NCBI GenBank assembly: GCA_004212155.1
Contig: RXIG01000002.1
Coordinates: forward strand, 32,001 to 96,000
DNA: 64,000 nucleotides
Direction of reading: 5' to 3'
Source: an archaeon
GTDB lineage: Archaea; Methanobacteriota_B; Thermococci; Methanofastidiosales; NM3
Both the position numbers and the translations under genes were made by a program. This document shows, piece by piece, positions 40,695 to 49,953 of this stretch. Numbering within the stretch: position 1 is the first letter of the stretch; each line of letters opens with the position of its first letter. The notes under the pieces were generated by a model that saw nothing but the letters and a program-made list of their open reading frames with translations, was not told the DNA's origin and did no database searches.

Positions 40695-41276
40695 TTATAC
40701 ACGGCGCGCTACGAACGGAAGCTCTGAAAGGGGTGTGATGAATGGGGGAATGTCTATTGATAGCTGATCGGGCGAATGGGCGTCGCTTCCAAACGTTATC
40801 TGCACGCCTTGAGATTCCGCCTGCTCGTAGAGCCAGGCGGGACCCCCGTAGCTTGCGTTATATTCGATGGCGATGGTGTGTTCTGACATCATATCCAGAA
40901 GGTAGTCCCAATCGGAACACAACACCCCGGGGGCGAACGGGTGGGCCAGGATGTCGATGCGTTCCCGCACCATGTTGCCGACGAGGTCGGCAAGGTCGTG
41001 TCCGCAGGTTGCGTGAGCAAGCGAGTAGTCCGCCTTCATATGGCGTGCGCCGGTGCGGGGGATCGTGCGTTCGATGCCGAAGTATGCGGCAATGCCTTCG
41101 AGCGGCTCGCATGCGGGGGTCGCATCGTGCATGACGAATCCGGCCGTCGCGATGCCGAGCTCGAGCAGCGTCACGTAATAATCAGAAGGCGAGAATCGGA
41201 CGGGCGAGTGCGTGTCTAGGTGTATGTGTAGATCATAGATTCTTCCACGTGAATTGCTGTTTGGCATATGCGTCAC
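40695..41276 (-). CDS. Compact PHP-domain phosphoesterase
   Basis: DLHIH, GIE, ILAHP, IEYN, GSDAH. Confidence 0.8.
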   Translation of the reverse strand: MTHMPNSNSRGRIYDLHIHLDTHSPVRFSPSDYYVTLLELGIATAGFVMHDATPACEPLEGIAAYFGIERTIPRTGARHMKADYSLAHATCGHDLADLVGNMVRERIDILAHPFAPGVLCSDWDYLLDMMSEHTIAIEYNASYGGPAWLYEQAESQGVQITFGSDAHSPDQLSIDIPPFITPLSELPFVARRV

Positions 41277-42723
41277 GCTTGTTCATGGCGACCTTGAGGC
41301 TGTCGCGTGCAAGGTTGAACTCAGGCATGAGCTCGAGCGTGGTCTTGTATTGCTTGATAGCCTCGTCGAGGTCGCCCTCCTCGAACATGATAAATCCCAG
41401 ATTGTAGTGTGCCTCGGCGTAGTTGGGGTCTACCTCGACAGCCTTCTTGAAGTACTCCGTGGCCTTCTTGTAGCGTGACTGGAGCTTGTTGATGACGCCC
41501 ATGTTGTTAAGGAGGACGGCATTGTCGGGCGTTTTTCGCAACTGGCGCTCATACGCACTGAGCGCTTCTTCGAGCTCTCCAGCCTCGAAGTAGCAGTCGC
41601 CAAGCTCGCCCCACGCCCACGTGTTGTTCGGTGAGTCCTTGAGCACCTTCTCGAGTGCCTCGATCTTCTCGGCGAGGTCGCCCATGGACTCGAGCTCCTT
41701 TTGCATCTGTTCCTCGGAGCGATATGGGCTGTGCATGCGCATCTCCTCCTCGAACTCCTCTTCTGAGAGAATAGGCTTCAGGGCCTCGTCTATCTCCTCC
41801 TCACCCTCGTTGTATGATACGGTCTGGAGCTTCGGCTCCCGTGGCACCACGTCCTCCTCGGTACGTAACGCATCGTAGAGGGAGGAGAGCAGCTGGGCAG
41901 CCTCTTTGTACTCCCCCTTGTGATAGTGGGTGGTCGCCTTATCCAATCGGGACGCATACGTGCGTTTCCTGCCCGTGTTGGCAAGCGATTCGACCATGGT
42001 GAGCACGTTGGTGTAGAGGGTGTCGTACTTTTCCTTGTATCGGTATGTGACTACGTCGCGCTCAATGTTTTTTTGAACGCGTTTGAGGTAGAATCCGGCG
42101 CGACCGTAGAGGCCCTCGTCCGCAAGCTCTATCGCCTTCTCGAAGTCGGGGTACATATGCCGTGATATCCCCTTGTCCTCGAGGTAGGATACCTTCTCCT
42201 CGAGGTCCTCGATGAGCGACTGCATCATGCCTCGCTTCGTCATCACGGGTGTGGCCTCCTCCTCGCGGCGCTCCGACGTGTACTCTGCCAGATTGTGCTG
42301 TTGGGATATGAACGCGTCATAGCTGCGGTCGAGCTCATCCATGACCTGGTACGGCACACGTTCGAGTCTGAGTCCGTTGAGCACCATGCAGCGCACGTCG
42401 CCATCGTGTTCGGGATGTATGACCATCATGACAGAGACGGGAAACGCGTCCTCGAAGCGGGCCTGGGTCTTGAACCGTTCGAACGGCACGAACGATGTTC
42501 CTTCCTCTTGGGCATACCCCCACCCAATGAGCTCGAGGTGGGCCTTGTACTGCGGAAGTGATGCAACGGTATCCGAAGTGAACGACTCCATATCCACATC
42601 GATTACATAGAGATAATTCTCGTTTTTTGAATAAAATCCATACAGAAGGAACGTTTCGTATTCCGTGGTCGACGAGACGACCATATCGTAGACGTCCCTT
42701 AGTATTTTTACCCGAAGGGTCAT
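41233..42723 (-). CDS. TPR protein with N-terminal degenerate MPN/JAMM-like domain
   Basis: C-terminal TPRs are clear; N-terminal GW-x17-TQ-x2-F...V-x-P pattern resembles Rpn11 (see findings). Confidence 0.7.
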   Translation of the reverse strand: MTLRVKILRDVYDMVVSSTTEYETFLLYGFYSKNENYLYVIDVDMESFTSDTVASLPQYKAHLELIGWGYAQEEGTSFVPFERFKTQARFEDAFPVSVMMVIHPEHDGDVRCMVLNGLRLERVPYQVMDELDRSYDAFISQQHNLAEYTSERREEEATPVMTKRGMMQSLIEDLEEKVSYLEDKGISRHMYPDFEKAIELADEGLYGRAGFYLKRVQKNIERDVVTYRYKEKYDTLYTNVLTMVESLANTGRKRTYASRLDKATTHYHKGEYKEAAQLLSSLYDALRTEEDVVPREPKLQTVSYNEGEEEIDEALKPILSEEEFEEEMRMHSPYRSEEQMQKELESMGDLAEKIEALEKVLKDSPNNTWAWGELGDCYFEAGELEEALSAYERQLRKTPDNAVLLNNMGVINKLQSRYKKATEYFKKAVEVDPNYAEAHYNLGFIMFEEGDLDEAIKQYKTTLELMPEFNLARDSLKVAMNKRDAYAKQQFTWKNL

Positions 42724-42866
42724 GTCAATCACTATACACTCTTTTATATGTTATTAAATACCTTTCTGTGGTGTGAATGTGATTTGTTAGTTGTAACGTT
42801 GTTTCTTTCCTGAAAATCGATGGAAACGTTTTAATAATCTTACAGACTGCATCCATATGTGGTAGA

Positions 42867-43598
42867 ATGAAGGTATTCGGTGTGTATGGGTATAAGAATT
42901 CAGGCAAGACGGCGGTCGTCACGTCGATCATACGTGAGCTTCGTCGGAGGGGAAGGAGCGTGGCTGCGGTCAAACACGTTTCGCATCCCGACTTCACCGT
43001 CAACGCCCCAGGGGTCGACACCGACCTCTTTTCAAAGGCTGGCGCCAGGTCGATAGGCATCCTCAGCGATGAGGAGACGACGATAATCTACAAGGACAAA
43101 AAAAAGCTGCTTGACATGATGCCGTTTTTCCATTCAGATTATCTCATACTAGAGGGATTCAGGCAGGCGCTTGTGCCCAAGATCATCACTGCGCGCAACA
43201 GCGACGAGCTCGAACAGGACTTCCGCAGGGAGGTCTTTGCCATAAGCGGCCTAGTCGCGAACGAGATATCGGAGTACAAGGGGAAAAAGGCCGTGCCGAT
43301 AGGCAAGATAGAAAGGCTTGTCGACATCATCGAGGAGAAGACATTCTCGAAGATACCAGAGATTGACTGCAAAGGGTGTGGCCTCTCATGCGAGGAGATG
43401 CTCTATGCCATCGTCGAGGGAGAGCGGACGATTGACGATTGCATGACGCTCAAACAGGACGTCAAGATCTTCATCGGCGATCGTGAGGTCCAGCTCAACG
43501 CCTTCGTCCAACGGTTCATCAAGAACACGATCACTGGTATGCTGTCCTCCCTCTCCGAGTACAAGGAGGACACGATAACGATCACCATAGAAAAGTGA
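42867..43598 (+). CDS. mobB: Molybdopterin-guanine dinucleotide biosynthesis protein B with Fe-S domain
   Basis: GYKNSGKT, AVKH, EGF, CKGCGLSC...C. Confidence 0.9.
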   Translation: MKVFGVYGYKNSGKTAVVTSIIRELRRRGRSVAAVKHVSHPDFTVNAPGVDTDLFSKAGARSIGILSDEETTIIYKDKKKLLDMMPFFHSDYLILEGFRQALVPKIITARNSDELEQDFRREVFAISGLVANEISEYKGKKAVPIGKIERLVDIIEEKTFSKIPEIDCKGCGLSCEEMLYAIVEGERTIDDCMTLKQDVKIFIGDREVQLNAFVQRFIKNTITGMLSSLSEYKEDTITITIEK

Positions 43599-43602
43599 TG
43601 GG

Positions 43603-44466
43603 ATGGAGCAGCGCCATCTGCGGGCGATCAGGGAAATGCTTTCGGATGATCTTGACGAATGCGAACTTGGCCTCATCCCCACACGCTATGAGCTCGTCGG
43701 CGACATCCTGCTCTTGTCCGTTCCAGCAGCGCTTCATCCAAAAAGACATATCGTTGCCGCCGCGTTTCAAAGCGTGCTAGGCGTCGCGTCGGTCATGGAA
43801 AAACGCATCGTCGAAGGCGAATATCGCATCCCAGCCCATGAGCTGCTTGCAGGGCGACGCACGACGACCGTCCACAATGAAAACGGCATCCTCTACAGCA
43901 TCGACCTGTCCTCGCTCATGTTCTCATCGGGAAACATCAATGAACGCATACGGATGTCGCGTGTCGAGAACGTCGGCACGGTGATCGATATGTTTGCCGG
44001 CATTGGTTACTTCTCTCTTCCTCTGGCCAAGTATACAAGATCGCATGTCGTTGCACTGGAGAAAAATCCCCGTTCATACCGCTACCTGCTCAACAACATC
44101 GCACTCAATCACCTCGAAGATCTCGTCTCTGCACACAATATCGACTGCAGGGAGTATGGGGGACCGCTCGCCTCGCGCATCGTCATGGGATATGTCGGCA
44201 CGACCGACCGATTCCTTCCCACTGCGTTCTCGCTTGCGCGGGACGGATGTATCATCCACTATCATCAGACCGTTCCGGTGGATGGGGCGCGCGAGGAGGT
44301 GGAACGGCAACTGTTTGACGCTTCTGCGGAGAGCGATGTGTCAACAAAGATACGCACGCTGCACATGGTCAAGAAATACTCGCCCGGTGTGGTACACGTC
44401 GTTGCCGACGTGCTGGTATCGCGTCGCGACACACCTTCCCGTGAAAAAGATTTATTAAGTGAGTAG
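43603..44466 (+). CDS. tRNA wyosine-pathway aminocarboxypropyltransferase (Taw2/TYW2, Trm5-like family)
   Basis: MFSSGNINER, DMFAGIGYF, EKNP, RIVMGY, IIHYH. Confidence 0.8.
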   Translation: MEQRHLRAIREMLSDDLDECELGLIPTRYELVGDILLLSVPAALHPKRHIVAAAFQSVLGVASVMEKRIVEGEYRIPAHELLAGRRTTTVHNENGILYSIDLSSLMFSSGNINERIRMSRVENVGTVIDMFAGIGYFSLPLAKYTRSHVVALEKNPRSYRYLLNNIALNHLEDLVSAHNIDCREYGGPLASRIVMGYVGTTDRFLPTAFSLARDGCIIHYHQTVPVDGAREEVERQLFDASAESDVSTKIRTLHMVKKYSPGVVHVVADVLVSRRDTPSREKDLLSE

Positions 44467-44481
44467 GGGGTATGTGCAAAG

Positions 44482-46212
44482 ATGTTTGAGATAAAGGCCA
44501 AGGACGGCTTGGGGCGTATAGGTCGCTGGCAGGTCGGCAAGAAGACCGTTGAGACACCGACGATCATGCCGGTCATCAATCCAGGGAAGCTCATCATCAC
44601 CCCCCGCGAGATGAGGGAACGATTCGATACGGACGTTATCATCACCAATTCATACATTATCTACTCCTCTTCACGCCTGAGGGAGCGGGCGCGACGCAAG
44701 GGCGTGCATGCCATGCTCGACTATGATGGGGTCATCGTGACCGATTCGGGGTCGTTTCAGCTCATGCAGTACAAGGATATCGGAGTCACGAATGAGGAGA
44801 TCATCCGATTCCAGAACGAGATCGGCGTCGATGTCGCCACGTCGCTTGACATACCGACGCTTCCTGACGAACCGTATGAGAAGGCCGAGCGTGACCTCGA
44901 GACTACCTTGGCGCGCGCACGCGAGGCGCGTGCTCTTCGCGATGGACCCCTCAATGGCACTGTCCAGGGATCGACGCACCTCGACCTTCGCCGCCGATCG
45001 GCCCGTGAGATGGCGGGCGTGGGCTGCGACGTGCACCCCATCGGCGCTGTCGTCCCGTTGTTTCTCGACTACCGGTTCGGCGATGTCGTGGATATCGTGC
45101 TTACCGCAAAACAGGAGCTCTCGCCAGCCGTGCCCGTGCACCTCTTCGGCGCGGGGCACCCCATGGCGCTCTCGCTGTTCGTGCTGCTCGGTTGCGACCT
45201 CTTTGACTCGGCTGCCTACGTGCTCTATGCAAAGGACAACAGGTATCTTACCGTTTCGGGCACCAAGAAGCTCGAGGAGATGCTCCACTTCCCGTGCATG
45301 TGCCCCGTCTGCAGGGAGCACACGCCCCACGACCTGCTTGCCATGGATGACGATGTAAGGACGCGCCTGCTCGCGCTCCATAATCTACATGTCACCTACG
45401 AGGAGTTCAAACGGATAAAACAGGCCATTCACGAGGGGACGCTGTGGGACTTCGTGGAGATGCGTGTTCGGGGCCATCCAAAGCTCTACTATGCCTATCG
45501 CAAGGTGAAAGAGCATGCTGATTTCATGGCCCGTTTCGATCCCCTTGTGAAACGTTCGACCGCCTTTTACACGGGAGAGGAAACGGCATGGCGCCCGATC
45601 TTCAAGACGGCGCTTTCCCGTGCCCGCGAGCGCGTGAAGCCTTATCAGACCGTTGCGCACCCCATCTTCGGAGACATCCCTGCGTCACTCATCCACACAT
45701 ACCCCTTCAACATGGAGATGGACCGTGAGCTCGAGGCGGACGTGCCCGAACGCACCATGGTGGAGGAGATCGCCGACTACCAGTTCGGCCATGGCGCAGG
45801 AGCCCGATTATGCACGGGCGCGACGCTCTCACACTCGCGTAGCGACCGCGTGCGCTCGATCATGTCCGGCGACGAGGTCGTTGCCACGGTACGCGCCCGC
45901 GACGGGCTGCTGATCCTCGGAACGGAGGGTCAGACACGACTTCATGAATTCCTGGCACCACCGCATTACCGTGTCGTCGTAGACAACGAGGTTGCCTCGT
46001 ATGCCGAGGCACATAGTGACGTCTTCTCCAAGTTCGTGCGCGGCATCGACTCCGGATTGCTTAGCGGTGAGGAGGTGCTGCTCGTCGACGAGGGGGACCG
46101 GCTTCTCGGTTCAGGAACGCTGCTTCTCGCACCCGATGAGATACCTCACTTCAAGCGTGGTGTGGCCGTCAGGACGCGCCGCGGGGTGGAAGCTGAAGAC
46201 GATCAGTCATGA
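44482..46212 (+). CDS. tgtA: Archaeosine tRNA-guanine(15) transglycosylase
   Basis: TDSGSFQ, LDIPT, VHLFGAGHP, FDSAAY, CMCPVC, C-terminal PUA domain. Confidence 0.95.
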   Translation: MFEIKAKDGLGRIGRWQVGKKTVETPTIMPVINPGKLIITPREMRERFDTDVIITNSYIIYSSSRLRERARRKGVHAMLDYDGVIVTDSGSFQLMQYKDIGVTNEEIIRFQNEIGVDVATSLDIPTLPDEPYEKAERDLETTLARAREARALRDGPLNGTVQGSTHLDLRRRSAREMAGVGCDVHPIGAVVPLFLDYRFGDVVDIVLTAKQELSPAVPVHLFGAGHPMALSLFVLLGCDLFDSAAYVLYAKDNRYLTVSGTKKLEEMLHFPCMCPVCREHTPHDLLAMDDDVRTRLLALHNLHVTYEEFKRIKQAIHEGTLWDFVEMRVRGHPKLYYAYRKVKEHADFMARFDPLVKRSTAFYTGEETAWRPIFKTALSRARERVKPYQTVAHPIFGDIPASLIHTYPFNMEMDRELEADVPERTMVEEIADYQFGHGAGARLCTGATLSHSRSDRVRSIMSGDEVVATVRARDGLLILGTEGQTRLHEFLAPPHYRVVVDNEVASYAEAHSDVFSKFVRGIDSGLLSGEEVLLVDEGDRLLGSGTLLLAPDEIPHFKRGVAVRTRRGVEAEDDQS

Positions 46213-46521
46213 GACATGGATGATGTGCCGGCATCACTGCGCCACACATGCCCACCCCAAAATATACGTTTGCGATTTTCTGGGCTTTGCCCATATGCCC
46301 CTTGTCAAGAACGGTGATGCGTAAGGCCTTTTTTCCTGTAGGCGCACTACAAGCATCGCACATCGTATGCAGCATGCAGGCGAGCAGCACAACGAGTCAG
46401 GTGCGCTTGCCCATACCCCGTTTTTCGAGTGGGCGTTGCGTGGCAACCCGTATCGACCAATAGTTTTATATTCGTGCGGTCGTACACACTCTTTCATTCA
46501 TTTTTACCGAGGGTCATAGAG

Positions 46522-46857
46522 ATGGAATTCTGTCCAAAATGCGAATCTCTCATGCTCCCCACCAAACGGGACGGAAAGACGGTCATCGTGTGCACGAAAT
46601 GCGGATACTGCCGCGACGTCGACGAGGTGGGTGACGCATCGAAGTATATTGTCAAGGAAAAGATCGAACACAAACCCAAGGACACGCTCGTCGTCATCGA
46701 CGACGACGTCGATACGCTCCCCAAGACTCGCGAGGAGTGCCCAAAATGCGGCAACAAGGAGGCGTACTGGTGGGAATTGCAGACACGCTCTGGCGATGAA
46801 CCGTCCACCAAGTTCTACCGTTGCACCAAATGTTCTTATACATGGAGAGAGTATTAG
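46522..46857 (+). CDS. tfs: Transcription factor S
   Basis: FCPKC...CTKC; CPKC...QTRSGDEP...CTKC. Confidence 0.95.
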   Translation: MEFCPKCESLMLPTKRDGKTVIVCTKCGYCRDVDEVGDASKYIVKEKIEHKPKDTLVVIDDDVDTLPKTREECPKCGNKEAYWWELQTRSGDEPSTKFYRCTKCSYTWREY

Positions 46858-46865
46858 GCGATTGT

Positions 46866-47168
46866 ATGCCACGACGAATGACTGCCAAGGTCGTACGACT
46901 TAATGAGATACACACCGCCACGCGCGTTGCCGTCATAGGGGCCATCATCCACAAGGACGATGACAAGATCACCATCGATGACGGCACCGGCCCTGTGGAC
47001 GTGATGCTTTCCCAGGACGTACCATATGAGGTAAAGGACGTCGTTCGCGTCATCGGCCGTGCGTATGGTTCGACCATCGAGGCAGAGATCGTCCAGGATG
47101 CCAACGGTATCAACACCGACCTCTACAAGCGCGCTCTTGGCATCATACAGACGTATCACGAGTATTGA
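46866..47168 (+). CDS. Small OB-fold RPA subunit (RPA14/Rpa3-like)
   Basis: RR..A...EI....RVAVIG...IDDGTG...VRVIGR....AEIVQD matches the Pyrococcus RPA14 pattern as I recall it. Confidence 0.75.
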   Translation: MPRRMTAKVVRLNEIHTATRVAVIGAIIHKDDDKITIDDGTGPVDVMLSQDVPYEVKDVVRVIGRAYGSTIEAEIVQDANGINTDLYKRALGIIQTYHEY

Positions 47169-47286
47169 ACATGGCGCCTTGGGTTGCCATCGAGCCTTCA
47201 TCTATATCGACGTGCGCCTCAATATAGTATAACCCTGAGAAAACCTTTTAATGAGAACAAGAATAGTATTTTAAGCGGTGATTGTG

Positions 47287-48021
47287 ATGTTCGAAGCCAA
47301 AATAGAAGCGAAAAACTGGAAAAATGTTATTTCCGTCATTGGGAGCATCATAGAGGAAGCTCCTCTCAAACTAACTCCTGATGGCCTCACACTTCGTGCG
47401 ATGGACCCGTCCCATATCTCACTTATCGACCTTGAACTGCCCAAGGACCAGTTCATCGAATACTCCATCGATCAGGAGCGCGTGGTGGGCATCGACGTTG
47501 ATGAGATGTCTCGTGTCATGGGGCGAAGCAAACCTACCGATATCATGATAATTCGTGCCGACGAGGATGCGAACAAGCTCTTTATCACATTCGTTGGCGA
47601 ATCGAAGCGCCGATTCGGATTGCCCATAATCGACACACCTGAACAGTCGAAGCTCAAGATGCCCAATTTCCCCACGAGTGCCATCGTGGGCATCGACGCA
47701 TCGGTGTTCAAGGATGGCATAAAGGACGCGTCGATCGTTGCCGACCACATCACGCTCGAGGCGATGGAGGGGGCGTTCGTGATGCGCGCCGAAGGGGATA
47801 TCGGCGATATCGAGTCGAACATCGAGGAGGACACGCTCGTCGAGTTCAAGTTGCAGGAACCTTGCAAGTCGACCTTCAACCTCAGCTACCTTGCAGACGT
47901 CTCGGGATCCATCACGGGACCCATCACCCTCGAGCTGGGAAGCGACTCGCCCTTGCTCATGAACTTCGAGATGGGGGGCGCAACAATTAAATTTGTCCTT
48001 GCTCCAAGAATCGAACGATGA
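47287..48021 (+). CDS. pcna: DNA polymerase sliding clamp
   Basis: AMDPSH, C-terminal LAPRIE, typical length. Confidence 0.95.
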   Translation: MFEAKIEAKNWKNVISVIGSIIEEAPLKLTPDGLTLRAMDPSHISLIDLELPKDQFIEYSIDQERVVGIDVDEMSRVMGRSKPTDIMIIRADEDANKLFITFVGESKRRFGLPIIDTPEQSKLKMPNFPTSAIVGIDASVFKDGIKDASIVADHITLEAMEGAFVMRAEGDIGDIESNIEEDTLVEFKLQEPCKSTFNLSYLADVSGSITGPITLELGSDSPLLMNFEMGGATIKFVLAPRIER

Positions 48022-48512
48022 TCGAACTTGACAAGGCACTCGCCCAGGAGCGTGCGGAGCGAACGCTAGCTCCCATAGGCGAGGCACTCTTTGAACAGGT
48101 TGCGCGATACATAAAAAGGCTTGAATCTCTTGCTTTAGAGGCAGAAGGAATAGATAATGAGATTTTAGTTGCGGAAATTAACGATGTTAAGAAAAAAATG
48201 ACATATCTCTTTGAATTTCGGTTAAAAAAGATAACATGCCTTGATGACACTCATTTGATAGCCGACGAACAAAAGATTTTTAAACACTTCTATTCATTGA
48301 AACAACAATACCGTGCGGAGCTACTCGAACCTATCCTCAAGGGAGAATGCACGTTTGAGAGAGACGGGTTCATAAAGGCGAAGGTGCTATCACCGCTTCC
48401 CTCCTTTTTGGATGGCGAGTTGCGCTCATACGGTCCATACAACCCCGGTGATGTTGATCATTTTCCAGAGGAGATCCATGCGTTGTTGAAAAAGCATGGC
48501 GTGATCGAGTAG
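48018..48512 (+). CDS. GINS51-like replication protein
   Basis: ER...L.P...R..KI A-domain, B-domain YGPY.PGD; ATGA coupling to pcna, canonical position. Confidence 0.75.
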   Translation: MIELDKALAQERAERTLAPIGEALFEQVARYIKRLESLALEAEGIDNEILVAEINDVKKKMTYLFEFRLKKITCLDDTHLIADEQKIFKHFYSLKQQYRAELLEPILKGECTFERDGFIKAKVLSPLPSFLDGELRSYGPYNPGDVDHFPEEIHALLKKHGVIE

Positions 48513-48525
48513 GATGGTGAAAACG

Positions 48526-48810
48526 ATGTTAATGCCAAAGACGAGAAGAACATATTGCCCCTTCTGTAAGAAACATACCGTTCATACAATAAAGGTCGTC
48601 AAGAAGAAGAAACGTGGCGAGCTCTCGGGTGGTCAGAGGAGATTCCGCAGGAAGATGGCGGGGTATCACGGATATCCGCGTCCAAAACCATCAGGCGAGA
48701 AGCCAACGAGGAAGCACGACCTTCGGTATGTGTGCAAGGAGTGCAACAAGGCACAGACTAAGGCAGGATTTAGAGTAAAGAAGCTTGAGTTCAGGGAGGC
48801 GAGGGCATGA
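48526..48810 (+). CDS. rpl44e: Ribosomal protein L44e (eL42)
   Basis: [17 protein letters not shown]. Confidence 0.95.
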   Translation: MLMPKTRRTYCPFCKKHTVHTIKVVKKKKRGELSGGQRRFRRKMAGYHGYPRPKPSGEKPTRKHDLRYVCKECNKAQTKAGFRVKKLEFREARA

Positions 48811-48980
48811 CCCCAACATCCAAGTTTGTAAAGATCAAATGTGATGACTGCGGAAACGAGCAGGTCGTGTTCAGCAAACCGGCAAGCAGCGTCCGCTGCC
48901 TCGTATGCGGCAAGACCGTGATCGAATGCACTGGCGGGCTCGGCGAGTTTAAGTCTACGATCGTTGCTGAGCTGGAGTGA
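48807..48980 (+). CDS. rps27e: Ribosomal protein S27e (not in ORF track)
   Basis: Manual translation [22 protein letters not shown]...CLVCG...TGG (57 aa). Confidence 0.95.
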   Translation: MTPTSKFVKIKCDDCGNEQVVFSKPASSVRCLVCGKTVIECTGGLGEFKSTIVAELE

Positions 48981-48985
48981 CCATA

Positions 48986-49771
48986 ATGTTTGAGCTTGAA
49001 GAGGGATTCCCGGAGGTGGGAATTTACGTCATATGCACCGTCAAGGACATATTCCCCTATGGGGCAATGGTGCGTCTCGACGAGTACGACCTCGAGGGCA
49101 TGATCCCCATTCGTGAGATATCATCAAGTTGGGTCAAAAATATTCGCAACCATGTCAAGGAGAATCAAAAGGTCGTCTGCAAGGTAACGCGCGTCGATGC
49201 GAAAAAGAGACATATAGACCTCTCCCTTCGCAAGGTCACGAATCATCAGAAGAAGGTGGCCGTCCAGCGCTACAAGGTCAAGAAGAAGGGAAATAAGCTC
49301 CTTGAGTACTTCGGGACCCAAAACAGCATCCCATCCGACCAGTTGCTTGACATCTACAACAGGATAATGGAGAACTACTCCACGGTCTATGAGTGCTTTG
49401 AGGAGGCAGTGGCCGACGGCAAGGACGTGTTCGAGGGCATGGTGCCTCCGCAACACATCGATTCGCTCTACGAGATCGTATTATCCAACATCGAGATGCC
49501 GCTCATCGAGATCACGGGCGAACTGTCCCTGTCATGCCCCACCGGCGATGGCATAAACGTTATCAGACAAACGCTCTCCGAGGCGCGTGACACATATTCT
49601 GACGATCAAGTGACCGTTGATATGCATCTTCTCGGTTCACCCCGTTACAGCGTCAAGGTGATAGCCGAGGATTACAAGAGCGCCGAGAACACGCTTGACA
49701 AGGTCGTCAAGGATGTCACAGACCGCATGAAGCGACATGATGGAGAGGCATCGTTCAAACGAAACAGGTAA
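48986..49771 (+). CDS. eif2a: Translation initiation factor aIF-2 alpha
   Basis: S1 domain YGA...LDEY...EISSSWVKNIR...IDLSLR; GSPRY. Confidence 0.95.
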   Translation: MFELEEGFPEVGIYVICTVKDIFPYGAMVRLDEYDLEGMIPIREISSSWVKNIRNHVKENQKVVCKVTRVDAKKRHIDLSLRKVTNHQKKVAVQRYKVKKKGNKLLEYFGTQNSIPSDQLLDIYNRIMENYSTVYECFEEAVADGKDVFEGMVPPQHIDSLYEIVLSNIEMPLIEITGELSLSCPTGDGINVIRQTLSEARDTYSDDQVTVDMHLLGSPRYSVKVIAEDYKSAENTLDKVVKDVTDRMKRHDGEASFKRNR

Positions 49772-49786
49772 CCGGTGCCCACGACC

Positions 49787-49948
49787 ATGAAGCTGAGAAA
49801 ATGCATCGAATGTGGAAGGTATACTCTTCACGACCCATGCCCCTGCTGCGGGGCTCAAACACAATTTGCGCGACCACCGAAATATTCGCCGAAGGACAAA
49901 TATGCCCGATATCGGCGCATGTGGAAAAAGGAATGTAGTGAGAAGTGA
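49787..49948 (+). CDS. nop10: H/ACA RNP protein Nop10 (not in ORF track)
   Basis: Manual translation MKLRKCIECGRYTLHDPCPCCG...PPKYSPKDKYARYR (53 aa). Confidence 0.93.
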   Translation: MKLRKCIECGRYTLHDPCPCCGAQTQFARPPKYSPKDKYARYRRMWKKECSEK

Positions 49949-49953
49949 TCCAT

